DNA of 64,000 nt from an uncultured Gemmatimonadales bacterium (GTDB lineage: Bacteria > Gemmatimonadota > Gemmatimonadetes > Gemmatimonadales > Gemmatimonadaceae): positions 1,088,001-1,152,000 of the forward strand of contig CAWKMU010000003.1 in NCBI GenBank assembly GCA_963850905.1. Reading direction: 5' to 3'. The notes under the pieces are model-generated. The model was not told where the DNA came from, searched no databases, and saw nothing but the letters and a program-made list of their open reading frames with translations. A program made the translations under genes and the position numbers. The number at the start of each line of letters is the position of its first letter. Within the stretch, counting starts at the first letter, position 1. Below, one piece after another: positions 29,959 to 38,766 of the stretch.

Positions 29959-30098
29959 CGGGTGGCCTAAAGCCACCCCTACAGGTTGCTGCGGGCGGCG
30001 ATGCCATCGGATTCGTCGACCTGCGCAGGCGAATGCAGGATGCCACTCCATCGCTTGCGCTCCGCGCCGACATGTAGGGGCGGCCTTCAGGCCGCCCG
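29959..30098. repeat. REPIN-like doublet of GTAG-type REP sequences
   Basis: GGGTGGCCTAAAGCCACCCCTACA and CCGACATGTAGGGGCGGCCTTCAGGCCGCCC; the latter is identical to 24295-24325. Confidence 0.85.
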
Positions 30099-30244
30099 GG
30101 TTGTCGTTGCGGGGTCGTCGTTGCCGTTCCCTGACCCCGCCGTTGAAGCGTTCTCTCCTTTCCAAACGCAACCTTAATCCCAGCCTAATACCAGACCGCT
30201 ACTTGCAGCGTCCAAAAGAAGGGCAGATCGGGGTAGAAGCACGG

Positions 30245-31504
30245 ATGCAGCGCTCGAAAGGTTTCCGGTTATACCAGCTTCCTGGAATCTCGGTCATCGG
30301 GAGTGCCGCGCTGTGTGTCGCGGGCTGCTCGCACCGGCCGGAAAGCACGCCGTCGCCGAAGTCGAGCGCGGGGCGGGCGCCCTGTGAGGCACTGGTCCCC
30401 GCGCCGGCAGTCACACCGGAGTCACTGCGTATCGTTATTACGGACGCACTGCGGTCGGAAGACGCCCCAACGCCTCATTCCAACGCTGAGCAGCTCATCT
30501 TCCCGCTGCTGTACGGCGCGAAACGCTCAGCGCCGTGCAGCAATGCCGAATCAAGCGTTAGCGTCGCCGGGGACGGATCAACCGAGAGCGCCGGGCGGAA
30601 CACTGGTCCGGTGGAGATCAGATCGGCCTATCCAACCATACCGTGGCCTGCACCGACTGGACTGTACGGGATAGCCGACGCGACGGACACGACTCTCGAT
30701 CTGCTGCCTCGGACGTCGCGGGCAGAACCTCATATACACGTGAACATGGTCGCGCCCCGCCAAGGACGCGACGCGCTCGATGCAGGAGCTGATGTGGTCG
30801 TGACATCCGATGCGAAAACGATCGCGTATGCCGCCGCTCAGTCCGATCTGGCTAGCGTACCGCTGTCGTGGGACAAGGTGTACGTCCTGATTGAGCCAGG
30901 TGTCCGCGTCGGTGGTGACCGAGATTCCATGCTTGCAGTCCAGACGGACCTTGCGAAATACGCGCTTCGCGTCGAGGCGCGACCCGCGGATGATAGCGCG
31001 ACGCTCGAGTTGATCACCTGCCCCACGATCGGCCCGGACAACAGTCCATCCGGCACCACCCCCCGTCAGCCATCAACGACGTCAACCCATCGCGTGGTCT
31101 ACGAACGGGATGACGATGTTGCTCGTGCGCTGAGCGAGCGATTGGTCGCACTCGCCGGCGCACACACACTTCGGCTCGCCGCGTTCGAGGATAACTCTAG
31201 CTCCGGGCGCAGCATTCGAGCGGCGGGTCTGGATACAGCATCGTTTCGCGTGGCTCTGGGCGATGGCAGTGCGGCGGCCTACGTAATTGCGCTTCCCCTC
31301 GATCCGCTCGTGGGCTGCGACGCCGTCGGCTGGCTTCGCTTGGACGCCCTATGGCTCTTCGCTCGGGATGACTCCCCGACCAACCACCTCACGCCTTTGG
31401 TCGAGACGCGCGCGCGAGCCATCGTGCGGCGAGGGCGTGTCGGCCTCTCAGGTGACAGCGCTGGGACCGCGTCACTGATATTCGGCGCGCCGGCCGGGTT
31501 CTGA
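30245..31504 (+). CDS. Hypothetical lipoprotein upstream of the two-component system
   Basis: Lipobox VAGC after ATG 30245; ends 15 nt before the kinase gene. Confidence 0.6.
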   Translation: MQRSKGFRLYQLPGISVIGSAALCVAGCSHRPESTPSPKSSAGRAPCEALVPAPAVTPESLRIVITDALRSEDAPTPHSNAEQLIFPLLYGAKRSAPCSNAESSVSVAGDGSTESAGRNTGPVEIRSAYPTIPWPAPTGLYGIADATDTTLDLLPRTSRAEPHIHVNMVAPRQGRDALDAGADVVVTSDAKTIAYAAAQSDLASVPLSWDKVYVLIEPGVRVGGDRDSMLAVQTDLAKYALRVEARPADDSATLELITCPTIGPDNSPSGTTPRQPSTTSTHRVVYERDDDVARALSERLVALAGAHTLRLAAFEDNSSSGRSIRAAGLDTASFRVALGDGSAAAYVIALPLDPLVGCDAVGWLRLDALWLFARDDSPTNHLTPLVETRARAIVRRGRVGLSGDSAGTASLIFGAPAGF

Positions 31505-31519
31505 CGACAGAGGGGCTCA

Positions 31520-33211
31520 ATGCGTTTTCGCACGCGCCTGCTCGTTGCACTGGTCGCTCTCGCGGTGGTTCCGCTGATCGGTATCGCGTTCGGCGTTCGC
31601 CACGAGATCGATCGACGTCTGACCGCGCAGTATGAGGCGCGCACCGCGCGCCTTGCCGCCACAGTCCGCGACGACCTCGCACACCAGGGTGGCGCGATCG
31701 GCGACCAACTCGCGTCGTTGCGCCAAGCGATGGTCGAAGACAACCGGCTCCGACTCGCCGTGGCGCACGGCGATCCGGCGGGGCGCGGATACCTCCTGGA
31801 TTATGCCGGAGACGCGCTGCGACTCACGGGCCTGGCGATGCTGCAGATTCAGGATTCGTCGGGACGCATCATTAGCTCCGGGCATTTTCGGAATGAATTC
31901 GATCGTCTCGAGCCGGATCTGCCCATGCTCTTGGCAGCTACTCCCGGCGGAGCGGCACTGGTCGATGCGCGGACGGCTGACGGTCTTATGCGCGTGATTG
32001 CCCGCGTCGATTCTCTCCGGCTCGGAGCGCACAGGCTCACGCTCGTCGGCGGGACCGTCGTCAATGCGGGCTTCCTCCGAGCTCTGGCACCAGACAGCGA
32101 ATTTGCCGTGGCGCTCGTGACGGATTCGAGCGTCCGGGGCGGCGACTCAGCCGAGCTTGCATTCCCATTCATCGGCGCAGCACCCGGAGCTGCGGACACA
32201 GCGCCACGCACAATTCGTCAAGCGCGATTCGTCATCACGCACTCCGACGCGGCGCTCACCGCCCTCAGACACAGCGTTGATCGGTGGTTCGTTGCGGCCG
32301 TGGTCTTCGGGATCGTGATGGCGGTCGTTGGGGCAGGATGGCTTTCGGGACAAGTCAGCCGACCGCTGAGCCGCCTCGCCGACCTGACGACGAAAGTGGA
32401 TCTGGATCGGTTAGACGTCGCGTTCGCGACGGAGCGACGCGATGAAGTTGGCGACCTATCTCGCCTGTTGGATGCGATGACGCGACGGCTGCGCGCGAGT
32501 GCGACGCGGGTGCGTGACGCCGAGCGCCGGGCAATCGTGGGTGATCTCGCTCGCCAGGTGAACCACGACGTGAAGAACGGTCTCGTGCCCATTCGACACG
32601 TGCTGCGACATCTGGCGCAGGTCGAGCGGGACGACCCGCAACAGCTCGCAGCGGTTTTCACCGCGCGACGCCAGACGCTCGACGCGAGCGTCGAATACCT
32701 CGACGCGCTCGCCCGGAACTATGCGCGCTTGAGCCGCCCGATTGTCCGCCAGCCCTGCGACCTGAACGCGCTGGTCCGGGTCGCGGCGGCGACTGCCGCG
32801 GCCGACGAGCGCATTCCGGTCCGTTTGGAGCTCGATGTGCAGGCTCCAGTCGTATCGACCGACGCGCTCGTGGTGCGACGGATCCTCGACAATCTGGTGA
32901 GCAACGCGATGGATGCGGCTGGCTCGACAGGCGGTGCGGTCACCATCGCTACGCGAGACGGGGGGTCGGGGGCCGCGCGCGTCGTCGTCAATGATACCGG
33001 ACCGGGGATGACTGACGCGCAACTCGCGCGTGCGTTCGACGACTTTCACACCACGAAACCGAGCGGCATCGGACTTGGCCTGTCGATCGTGCGCCGGCTG
33101 ACCAGCGACCTCGGTGCGACTTTGCGTGTCGATACGGAGCCCGGCCGCGGCACGACGGTGGAACTCGCCTTCCCGGCCGGCGCAGGGCTACCGCCCGCCG
33201 TGGCACGCTAG
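31520..33211 (+). CDS. HAMP-domain sensor histidine kinase (NtrY-like)
   Basis: Two TM segments, HAMP (RRDEVGDL), H-box ARQVNHDVKN, NLVSNAMDA, DTGPG, GIGLGL. Confidence 0.92.
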   Translation: MRFRTRLLVALVALAVVPLIGIAFGVRHEIDRRLTAQYEARTARLAATVRDDLAHQGGAIGDQLASLRQAMVEDNRLRLAVAHGDPAGRGYLLDYAGDALRLTGLAMLQIQDSSGRIISSGHFRNEFDRLEPDLPMLLAATPGGAALVDARTADGLMRVIARVDSLRLGAHRLTLVGGTVVNAGFLRALAPDSEFAVALVTDSSVRGGDSAELAFPFIGAAPGAADTAPRTIRQARFVITHSDAALTALRHSVDRWFVAAVVFGIVMAVVGAGWLSGQVSRPLSRLADLTTKVDLDRLDVAFATERRDEVGDLSRLLDAMTRRLRASATRVRDAERRAIVGDLARQVNHDVKNGLVPIRHVLRHLAQVERDDPQQLAAVFTARRQTLDASVEYLDALARNYARLSRPIVRQPCDLNALVRVAAATAAADERIPVRLELDVQAPVVSTDALVVRRILDNLVSNAMDAAGSTGGAVTIATRDGGSGAARVVVNDTGPGMTDAQLARAFDDFHTTKPSGIGLGLSIVRRLTSDLGATLRVDTEPGRGTTVELAFPAGAGLPPAVAR

Positions 33212-33222
33212 CTTCCGCGCTC

Positions 33223-34584
33223 ATGGCGACCGTCCTCGTCTGCGACGACAACGCGCCCCTCGCGCAGCAGTACGCGTACGATCTCCGGAGACTCGGTGGG
33301 TACGACGTGCTCATTGCGTCTAGCGGTGACGCGGCGCTCGATGTCCTCACTCGCGAGGGGGTCGATTGCGTGATTCTCGATCTCGAGATGCCGGGGACCG
33401 ACGGCTTCGCGGTGATGCGTGGGATGCGCGAGCGGGGTGTGCACGTACCCGTGATTGTCTACACTGGTACGGGCAACTTCGACCGCTGCGTGCAGGCGAT
33501 TCGCGCGGGCGCGTACAACTTCATCGACAAAGATGAACCGGTCGAGCGCGTTGCCCGCGAGGTCGAGAACGCCATCGAGCGGCGTGCCATCCTCGGCGAG
33601 GTCGCACTCCTGCGCCGATATGCGGCGGACGAGAGCGCCCTGATTGGAACGAGCGGTCCAATGCGCGGTCTCAAAGACGCGATCGCGCGCATCGCGCCAA
33701 TACCGAGTCCCGTGCTCATCGTTGGAGAGAGCGGATCGGGAAAGGAGCTGGTGGCTCGCGACGTCCACCGTCTGAGCGGCCGCGCGCGGGAACCCTTCGT
33801 CGCGGTCAACTGCGCGGCGCTCCCGGAGCAATTGGTGGAAAGCGAGTTGTTCGGCCACGAGCGCGGCGCATTCACCGGCGCCCAGACCATGCGCAAGGGT
33901 GCTTTCGAGAGTGCCGGGCGCGGCACCCTGTTCCTGGACGAAATCGGCGAGCTCCCCGCCTCCGCGCAGGCGAAGCTGCTCCGGGTGCTCGAGAATCGGC
34001 AGGTCGTACGACTTGGCAGCACACGCACGATCGATGTACCGGCGCGAGTGATCGCCGCGACGAATCGGGACCTGGCAGTCGAAACGCAGGCCGCGCGCTT
34101 TCGCCGGGACCTGCTCTTCCGCCTCAATGTTCACGAGCTCAACGTCCCGCCGCTGCGTGATCGTCTGTCCGACCTTCCCGAGATCGTTGAACGGCTGCTC
34201 CCTATGATATGCGAACGGTTTGGACTCCGCCTGAAACGACTTGCTCCCGACGTGTTACCCGTCCTGTTGGACTACCACTGGCGACAGAACAACGTCCGCG
34301 AGCTGCGGAACGCCGTGGAGCGGATGGTGATCGCGGCCAATGGGGATGTCATCGGACCCGAGCACGTGCCGGCCGACATCCGTGACCACGCCGTACCGCA
34401 TACCTCCGCGCCGGCTCGCAGCTTCATTGACCGGAAGGCTGACGCCGAGCGGCGCATCGTCATCGAAGCACTCGAACGCAACGCCTGGCACATCACGCGC
34501 ACTGCGCAGGATCTGGAGCTTGCCGACCACGCGAGTCTGCTGAAGATCATGCGGAGGCTCGGGATCCAGAACGACCGGGGATAG
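33223..34584 (+). CDS. Sigma-54-dependent response regulator (NtrC/NtrX family)
   Basis: Receiver ILDLEMP, GESGSGKE, ELFGHERGAFTGA, LFLDEIGEL, NVRELRN, C-terminal HTH. Confidence 0.95.
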   Translation: MATVLVCDDNAPLAQQYAYDLRRLGGYDVLIASSGDAALDVLTREGVDCVILDLEMPGTDGFAVMRGMRERGVHVPVIVYTGTGNFDRCVQAIRAGAYNFIDKDEPVERVAREVENAIERRAILGEVALLRRYAADESALIGTSGPMRGLKDAIARIAPIPSPVLIVGESGSGKELVARDVHRLSGRAREPFVAVNCAALPEQLVESELFGHERGAFTGAQTMRKGAFESAGRGTLFLDEIGELPASAQAKLLRVLENRQVVRLGSTRTIDVPARVIAATNRDLAVETQAARFRRDLLFRLNVHELNVPPLRDRLSDLPEIVERLLPMICERFGLRLKRLAPDVLPVLLDYHWRQNNVRELRNAVERMVIAANGDVIGPEHVPADIRDHAVPHTSAPARSFIDRKADAERRIVIEALERNAWHITRTAQDLELADHASLLKIMRRLGIQNDRG

Positions 34585-34649
34585 AGCCCTCCAGACCGCA
34601 CCGGATTCGGGGCAGGACATTGCAGTGGCAAACGCCAACCGGAACGGCC

Positions 34650-34667
34650 GGCGGCCTGAAGGCCGCC
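34650..34667. repeat. Single REP palindrome
   Basis: GGCGGCCTGAAGGCCGCC, same palindrome as the REPs near 24.2 kb and 30.0 kb. Confidence 0.65.
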
Positions 34668-34946
34668 CTCGGGTAGTGTCGAACATGAATCAATCTCGCC
34701 GGGCGCACGGAACCGTCGTGTCCATCGGAACACGATCGACCTTCCGCCGACGTGTCCATTCGCACACGAACGGCACACCAGGAATCCGCGAACTGCTCCG
34801 CGCCAGGCGTGTAAGCGCAGTGTCTGCAACGATCTAGGATTGGCGGTCGTGACCTCCTCTGGTCCGGTCGGCCCCTTGCCTTTCCGGGGGGCATCCACCG
34901 GCAGCACCGACTCGCGCCTCCGGGCGCACCACAGGAGGAGGTCCAT

Positions 34947-35849
34947 ATGTACCGCCACACGAACCAATCTCGGTATCCCTTCAGCCGCCCCTCGGGGGAA
35001 GGGCGGGCGGCCGTCGGCAGTCTCGCCGCGGCGGCAGTCGTCGTCGCGATCATCGTCGCGTGTGAGCACGGCCGAACACCCCAACAAGCGAATGGCAGCG
35101 TTGCGACTTCAGCGGCCACTGAGCCCGTGGCGCTGACCCCAGCTTCAGCCGCTCCAACAGCGACGGTGCGGACGGTCTCGCCTGACGTCTCGTACGCGAC
35201 TGCGGAGTCGGCGTACACCGATCGCCACTATCCGGCCGCGACGGAGATGTTCACGGCATACACACTGCGACGTCCCGAGAATCCATGGGGGTACTACATG
35301 CTGGGTCTCTCGGCGTGGCATGCCGGTCAGCTCGATCGCGCACAGCACGCGTTCGAGAACGTGATCGCACGAGACCCGCGACACGTGAAAGCGCTCGTCA
35401 ATCTGGCGCGGGTCCTTCTGGAGCAAGACCAGGCGACGGACGCCCTCGCACGAGTCAACGAGGCGCTGGCGATCGATTCCGGGCTCGGGGAAGGCTGGCG
35501 CGTGCTGGGTCGGACCCAAGCGCAGCTCGGTCACACTGACGCGGCCATCGACGCCTACCATCAGGCGCTGACCATCGACTCGTCCGACGTCTGGTCACTG
35601 AACAACCTGGGCCTCGTGTTGATCGACGCGGGCCGGTTCAGCGACGCCGTCGAGCCATTGAGTCGCGCCGCTCAGCTCGATAGCACGGTCCCCGCGTTCA
35701 GCAACAACCTGGGCATCGCGCTCGAACGGGGCGGTCAACTCGATGCCGCCGCCAAGGCGTATCAGCAAGCCCTGTCGGCAGATAGCGGGTACGTGAAGGC
35801 GCGTGTCAGCCTTGAGCGGCTCAAGGGGAAGGGCGTTGGCGGGTGCTGA
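34947..35849 (+). CDS. Tetratricopeptide repeat lipoprotein
   Basis: AGGAGGAGG RBS, lipobox IVAC, TPR repeats (YYMLG, LVNLA, LNNLG, SNNLG). Confidence 0.88.
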   Translation: MYRHTNQSRYPFSRPSGEGRAAVGSLAAAAVVVAIIVACEHGRTPQQANGSVATSAATEPVALTPASAAPTATVRTVSPDVSYATAESAYTDRHYPAATEMFTAYTLRRPENPWGYYMLGLSAWHAGQLDRAQHAFENVIARDPRHVKALVNLARVLLEQDQATDALARVNEALAIDSGLGEGWRVLGRTQAQLGHTDAAIDAYHQALTIDSSDVWSLNNLGLVLIDAGRFSDAVEPLSRAAQLDSTVPAFSNNLGIALERGGQLDAAAKAYQQALSADSGYVKARVSLERLKGKGVGGC

Positions 35850-35852
35850 ACT

Positions 35853-35966
35853 GCGGGTTTGGGGTCTGGGGTTTGGGGTAACGGCAAAACACTTGAGGGC
35901 CAGTGGCCGATCACGGTCGCTGGCCCTCGATCTTTGTCCACCCCAGACCCCAGACCCTAAACCCGC
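35853..35966. repeat. Heptamer-armed palindromic element (GGGGTYT type)
   Basis: GCGGGTTT GGGGTCT GGGGTTT arm, core GAGGGCCAGTG...CGCTGGCCCTC, ACCCCAG ACCCCAG ACCCTAAACCCGC arm. Confidence 0.88.
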
Positions 35967-36026
35967 CGTTTAGGCCCTTGCTCTAACCGTGGAACACACC
36001 GCAATCTCCGGTAAACCGACCAGGGG

Positions 36027-38162
36027 GTGGCCATGCGCTCGTACGGCACCGAGGGAATCCGCAACGTGGCTGTAGTTGGTCACGGCGACTCTGGGAAAAC
36101 GCAATTAGTCGCCGCCTGCCTGTATACCGCGGGGATGACGCCGCGACTTGGCAAGGTGAGCGACGGGTCGACCGTGACTGATTGGGACGAGGAGGAGATC
36201 CATCGAAAGATCTCCATTCAAACCGGCGTTGCATACGCCGAGTGGACGCCGAAGGACGGCGGCGAGCCTACGAAGGTGAACCTGCTGGACACGCCCGGCT
36301 ACTCGACCTTCATCAACGACACGAAAGCCGCGATGATCGCAGCCGATGCGGCGCTCGTCGTCATCGACGCGGCCGCGGGGGTACAGGTCGTCACGGAAAA
36401 GGTCGCGGAGTTCGTCTCCGAGTACGATCTCCCCCGAGCCTTCGTGCTGAACCGGATGGATCGGGAGCTCGCAAGCTACGAGCGGTCGCTCAATTCCGTG
36501 CGCGATGCGTTTGGACGTGGTGTTGTGCCCGTGCATCTGCCGATCGGCGAGGAGAGGAAATTCCACGGCATTGTCGACCTCGTGACCATGCAGGCGCTCC
36601 TGTACACTCCCGATGGCGACGGCAAGCCGACATGCCAGGACATCCCGGAGGAGATGGCCGGCGCCGCAAAGGCCGCGCACGAGGCGCTCGTGGAAATGGT
36701 GGCAGAAGGCGACGATGCGCTCATGCAAGAGTTCTTCGACGAAGGGACACTGCCCGTCCCGGACTTGAAAAAGGGCCTCCGGGAAGCCGTGCAGAGCAAG
36801 CGCCTCTTCCCCGTCCTCATCGCGTCGGGCGTGCACAACATCGCGGCCGATGCCGTGCTCGATTTCATCGTCGAGGTGCTGCCTCCGCCGTCCGCGCGTG
36901 GCACCGCCATGGCGACCACGCAACTCGAGGACGGAGAGGTTGTGCGCCGCGCGATCCGAGACAGCGAGCCGCTCTCGCTCTTCGCGTACAAGACGCTCGC
37001 AGACCCGTTCGCCGGGCGCATCACGTATTTCAAGGTGATGTCCGGCGTGCTGAAGAACGATGCGACGGTCCAGAACTACGTGCGGAACACGTCCGAGCGC
37101 ATGCAGCATCTGCAGATCATGCAGGGGAAGACCGCGACGCCGGTGGCCGAGCTGCATGCGGGCGACCTGGGTGCGGTCGCGAAGCTCAAGGACACGCTGA
37201 CGGGCGATACGCTCGGGGACAAGCATGCGCCCCTGTTCTACGAGAGGGCGCGCCTCCCGGAGCCGTCGATCACCTTCGCGGTCGAGCCAAAGACACGCGC
37301 GGACGAGGACCGCATTGGCACCGCGATCCACCGCATCCTCGACGAGGACTCGATCCTGCGCTTTTCACGCGACCCGCAGACCAAGGAGTTCCTGTTGGCT
37401 GGCGCAAGCCAGCAGCACATCGAGGTGGTGGTCGCGAAGTTGCGCAAGCGCTACCACGTCGAGCTCACGCTGAAGCCGCCCAAGGTTGCGTACCGAGAGA
37501 CGATTCGGGGCAGAGCGGAGGCCGAGGGTCGTCACAAGAAACAGAGCGGCGGGCACGGCCAATTCGGTGTCTGCAAGATCAAACTGGAGCCGCTGCCGCG
37601 GGGCAGCGGGATCGAATTCGTGGACGACATTGTCGGCGGCGCCATCCCGCGGACATGGATCCCGTCGGTCGACCGCGGCGTGCGCGAGGCAGCAGAACGC
37701 GGTTACCTGGCGGGCTTCCCGGTGGTGGATTTCCGCGTGCGCCTGTACGACGGGAAATACCACGACGTCGACTCGTCGGATATTGCGTTTCAGATCGCCG
37801 GCTCGCTCGCGTTCAAGGAGGCGATGAGTCAGGCGCGTGCCGCGCTGCTGGAGCCGCTGATGCAAGTCGAAGTGCGGGCGCCCGACCAGTACTCCGGCGC
37901 CCTACTCGGTGATATCAGCGGCCGACGCGGTCGCATCAGTGGCAGTGAGACGCGTGGCCACACGGTCATCATCAAGGCGCTCGTCCCGCTCGCCGAGATG
38001 CTGAGCTACGGCACCGACCTCACCTCGATGACGCAGGGGCGTGGGAGTTTCTCGATGGACTTTTCCCACTACGACTACGTCCCGAACGAGATCGCGGACA
38101 AAGTCGTCACTGCGCACAAGCCTCACGCACATGTGGAGACGGACGATGTGCACGTGCGGTAA
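36027..38162 (+). CDS. Elongation factor G paralog (EF-G-like/EF-G2)
   Basis: GHGDSGKT, DTPGY, NRMD, KVAYRETI, HKKQSGGHGQFG, YDGKYHDVDSS, SMTQGRG. Not in an str operon. Confidence 0.93.
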   Translation: MAMRSYGTEGIRNVAVVGHGDSGKTQLVAACLYTAGMTPRLGKVSDGSTVTDWDEEEIHRKISIQTGVAYAEWTPKDGGEPTKVNLLDTPGYSTFINDTKAAMIAADAALVVIDAAAGVQVVTEKVAEFVSEYDLPRAFVLNRMDRELASYERSLNSVRDAFGRGVVPVHLPIGEERKFHGIVDLVTMQALLYTPDGDGKPTCQDIPEEMAGAAKAAHEALVEMVAEGDDALMQEFFDEGTLPVPDLKKGLREAVQSKRLFPVLIASGVHNIAADAVLDFIVEVLPPPSARGTAMATTQLEDGEVVRRAIRDSEPLSLFAYKTLADPFAGRITYFKVMSGVLKNDATVQNYVRNTSERMQHLQIMQGKTATPVAELHAGDLGAVAKLKDTLTGDTLGDKHAPLFYERARLPEPSITFAVEPKTRADEDRIGTAIHRILDEDSILRFSRDPQTKEFLLAGASQQHIEVVVAKLRKRYHVELTLKPPKVAYRETIRGRAEAEGRHKKQSGGHGQFGVCKIKLEPLPRGSGIEFVDDIVGGAIPRTWIPSVDRGVREAAERGYLAGFPVVDFRVRLYDGKYHDVDSSDIAFQIAGSLAFKEAMSQARAALLEPLMQVEVRAPDQYSGALLGDISGRRGRISGSETRGHTVIIKALVPLAEMLSYGTDLTSMTQGRGSFSMDFSHYDYVPNEIADKVVTAHKPHAHVETDDVHVR

Positions 38163-38166
38163 TGAA

Positions 38167-38280
38167 GCGGGTTTGGGGTCTGGGGTTTGGGGTCTAGGGT
38201 GAACAAACCGAAGGGCCAGTGCGGCGATCTGTCACTGGCCCTGGTGTTCGTTCACCCCATACCCCAGACCCCAAACCCGC
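38167..38280. repeat. Heptamer-armed palindromic element (GGGGTYT type)
   Basis: GCGGGTTT(GGGGT[CT]T)x3, GAACAAAC-AGGGCCAGTG...CACTGGCCCT, ACCCCAT ACCCCAG ACCCCAAACCCGC. Confidence 0.88.
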
Positions 38281-38282
38281 CT

Positions 38283-38645
38283 TTAGCACCCGTCGACCAA
38301 CTCGATCTTATCTGGGCCGTTGGGCACCACGCACAGGAACTCGAAGTTCTCTCCCTCGTGGGCCTTATACCAGTGTGGCGTGCCTGCCGGGATGTAGAGC
38401 ACATCGCCACGGCTCACCTCCACGGTCCGATCGCCAATCCCGATCGTCGCTCGGCCTGCCAATACGTACTGCTCGTGCTCGACGGTATTGGTGTGCGGCG
38501 GCATCCCTCCGCCCGGTTGCATCACGAACCGCCGCATCGCGAAATGCGGCCCTTCGTTGGGTCCGATCAGGACCTGGCGTGTGGTCTTGGTACCCGCAGC
38601 AACCGCTTCCTGCGGCACATTGGCTGAATGACGGACTGAGGACAT
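38283..38645 (-). CDS. Cupin domain protein
   Basis: MPPHTNTVEHEQYVLAG and GDVLYIPAGTPHWY. Confidence 0.88.
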   Translation of the reverse strand: MSSVRHSANVPQEAVAAGTKTTRQVLIGPNEGPHFAMRRFVMQPGGGMPPHTNTVEHEQYVLAGRATIGIGDRTVEVSRGDVLYIPAGTPHWYKAHEGENFEFLCVVPNGPDKIELVDGC

Positions 38646-38661
38646 GGGGGAAAGTTAACGA

Positions 38662-38754
38662 CAGGGGTCAGGGGTCAGGGGAACGACCCCGACACGCCGT
38701 ATTGCGCGCGTGGTCGTTGGTCCCTGACCCCTGACCCCTGACCCCTGGTCCCTG
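38662..38754. repeat. Heptamer-armed palindromic element (GGGGTCA type)
   Basis: (CAGGGGT)n-GAACGACC...GGTCGTT-(CCCTGAC)n. Confidence 0.85.
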
Positions 38755-38766
38755 CGGTTATCATCG

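Noticed and set aside
34590..34946. Sigma-54 promoter before the TPR gene
   Set aside because: Candidates gave GG-N9-GC or GG-N11-GC, not the required GG-N10-GC.
36027..38162. Canonical fusA or TetM-type resistance gene
   Set aside because: No rpsL/rpsG/tuf context and degenerate G motifs; it retains the EF-G domain IV signatures rather than TetM features.
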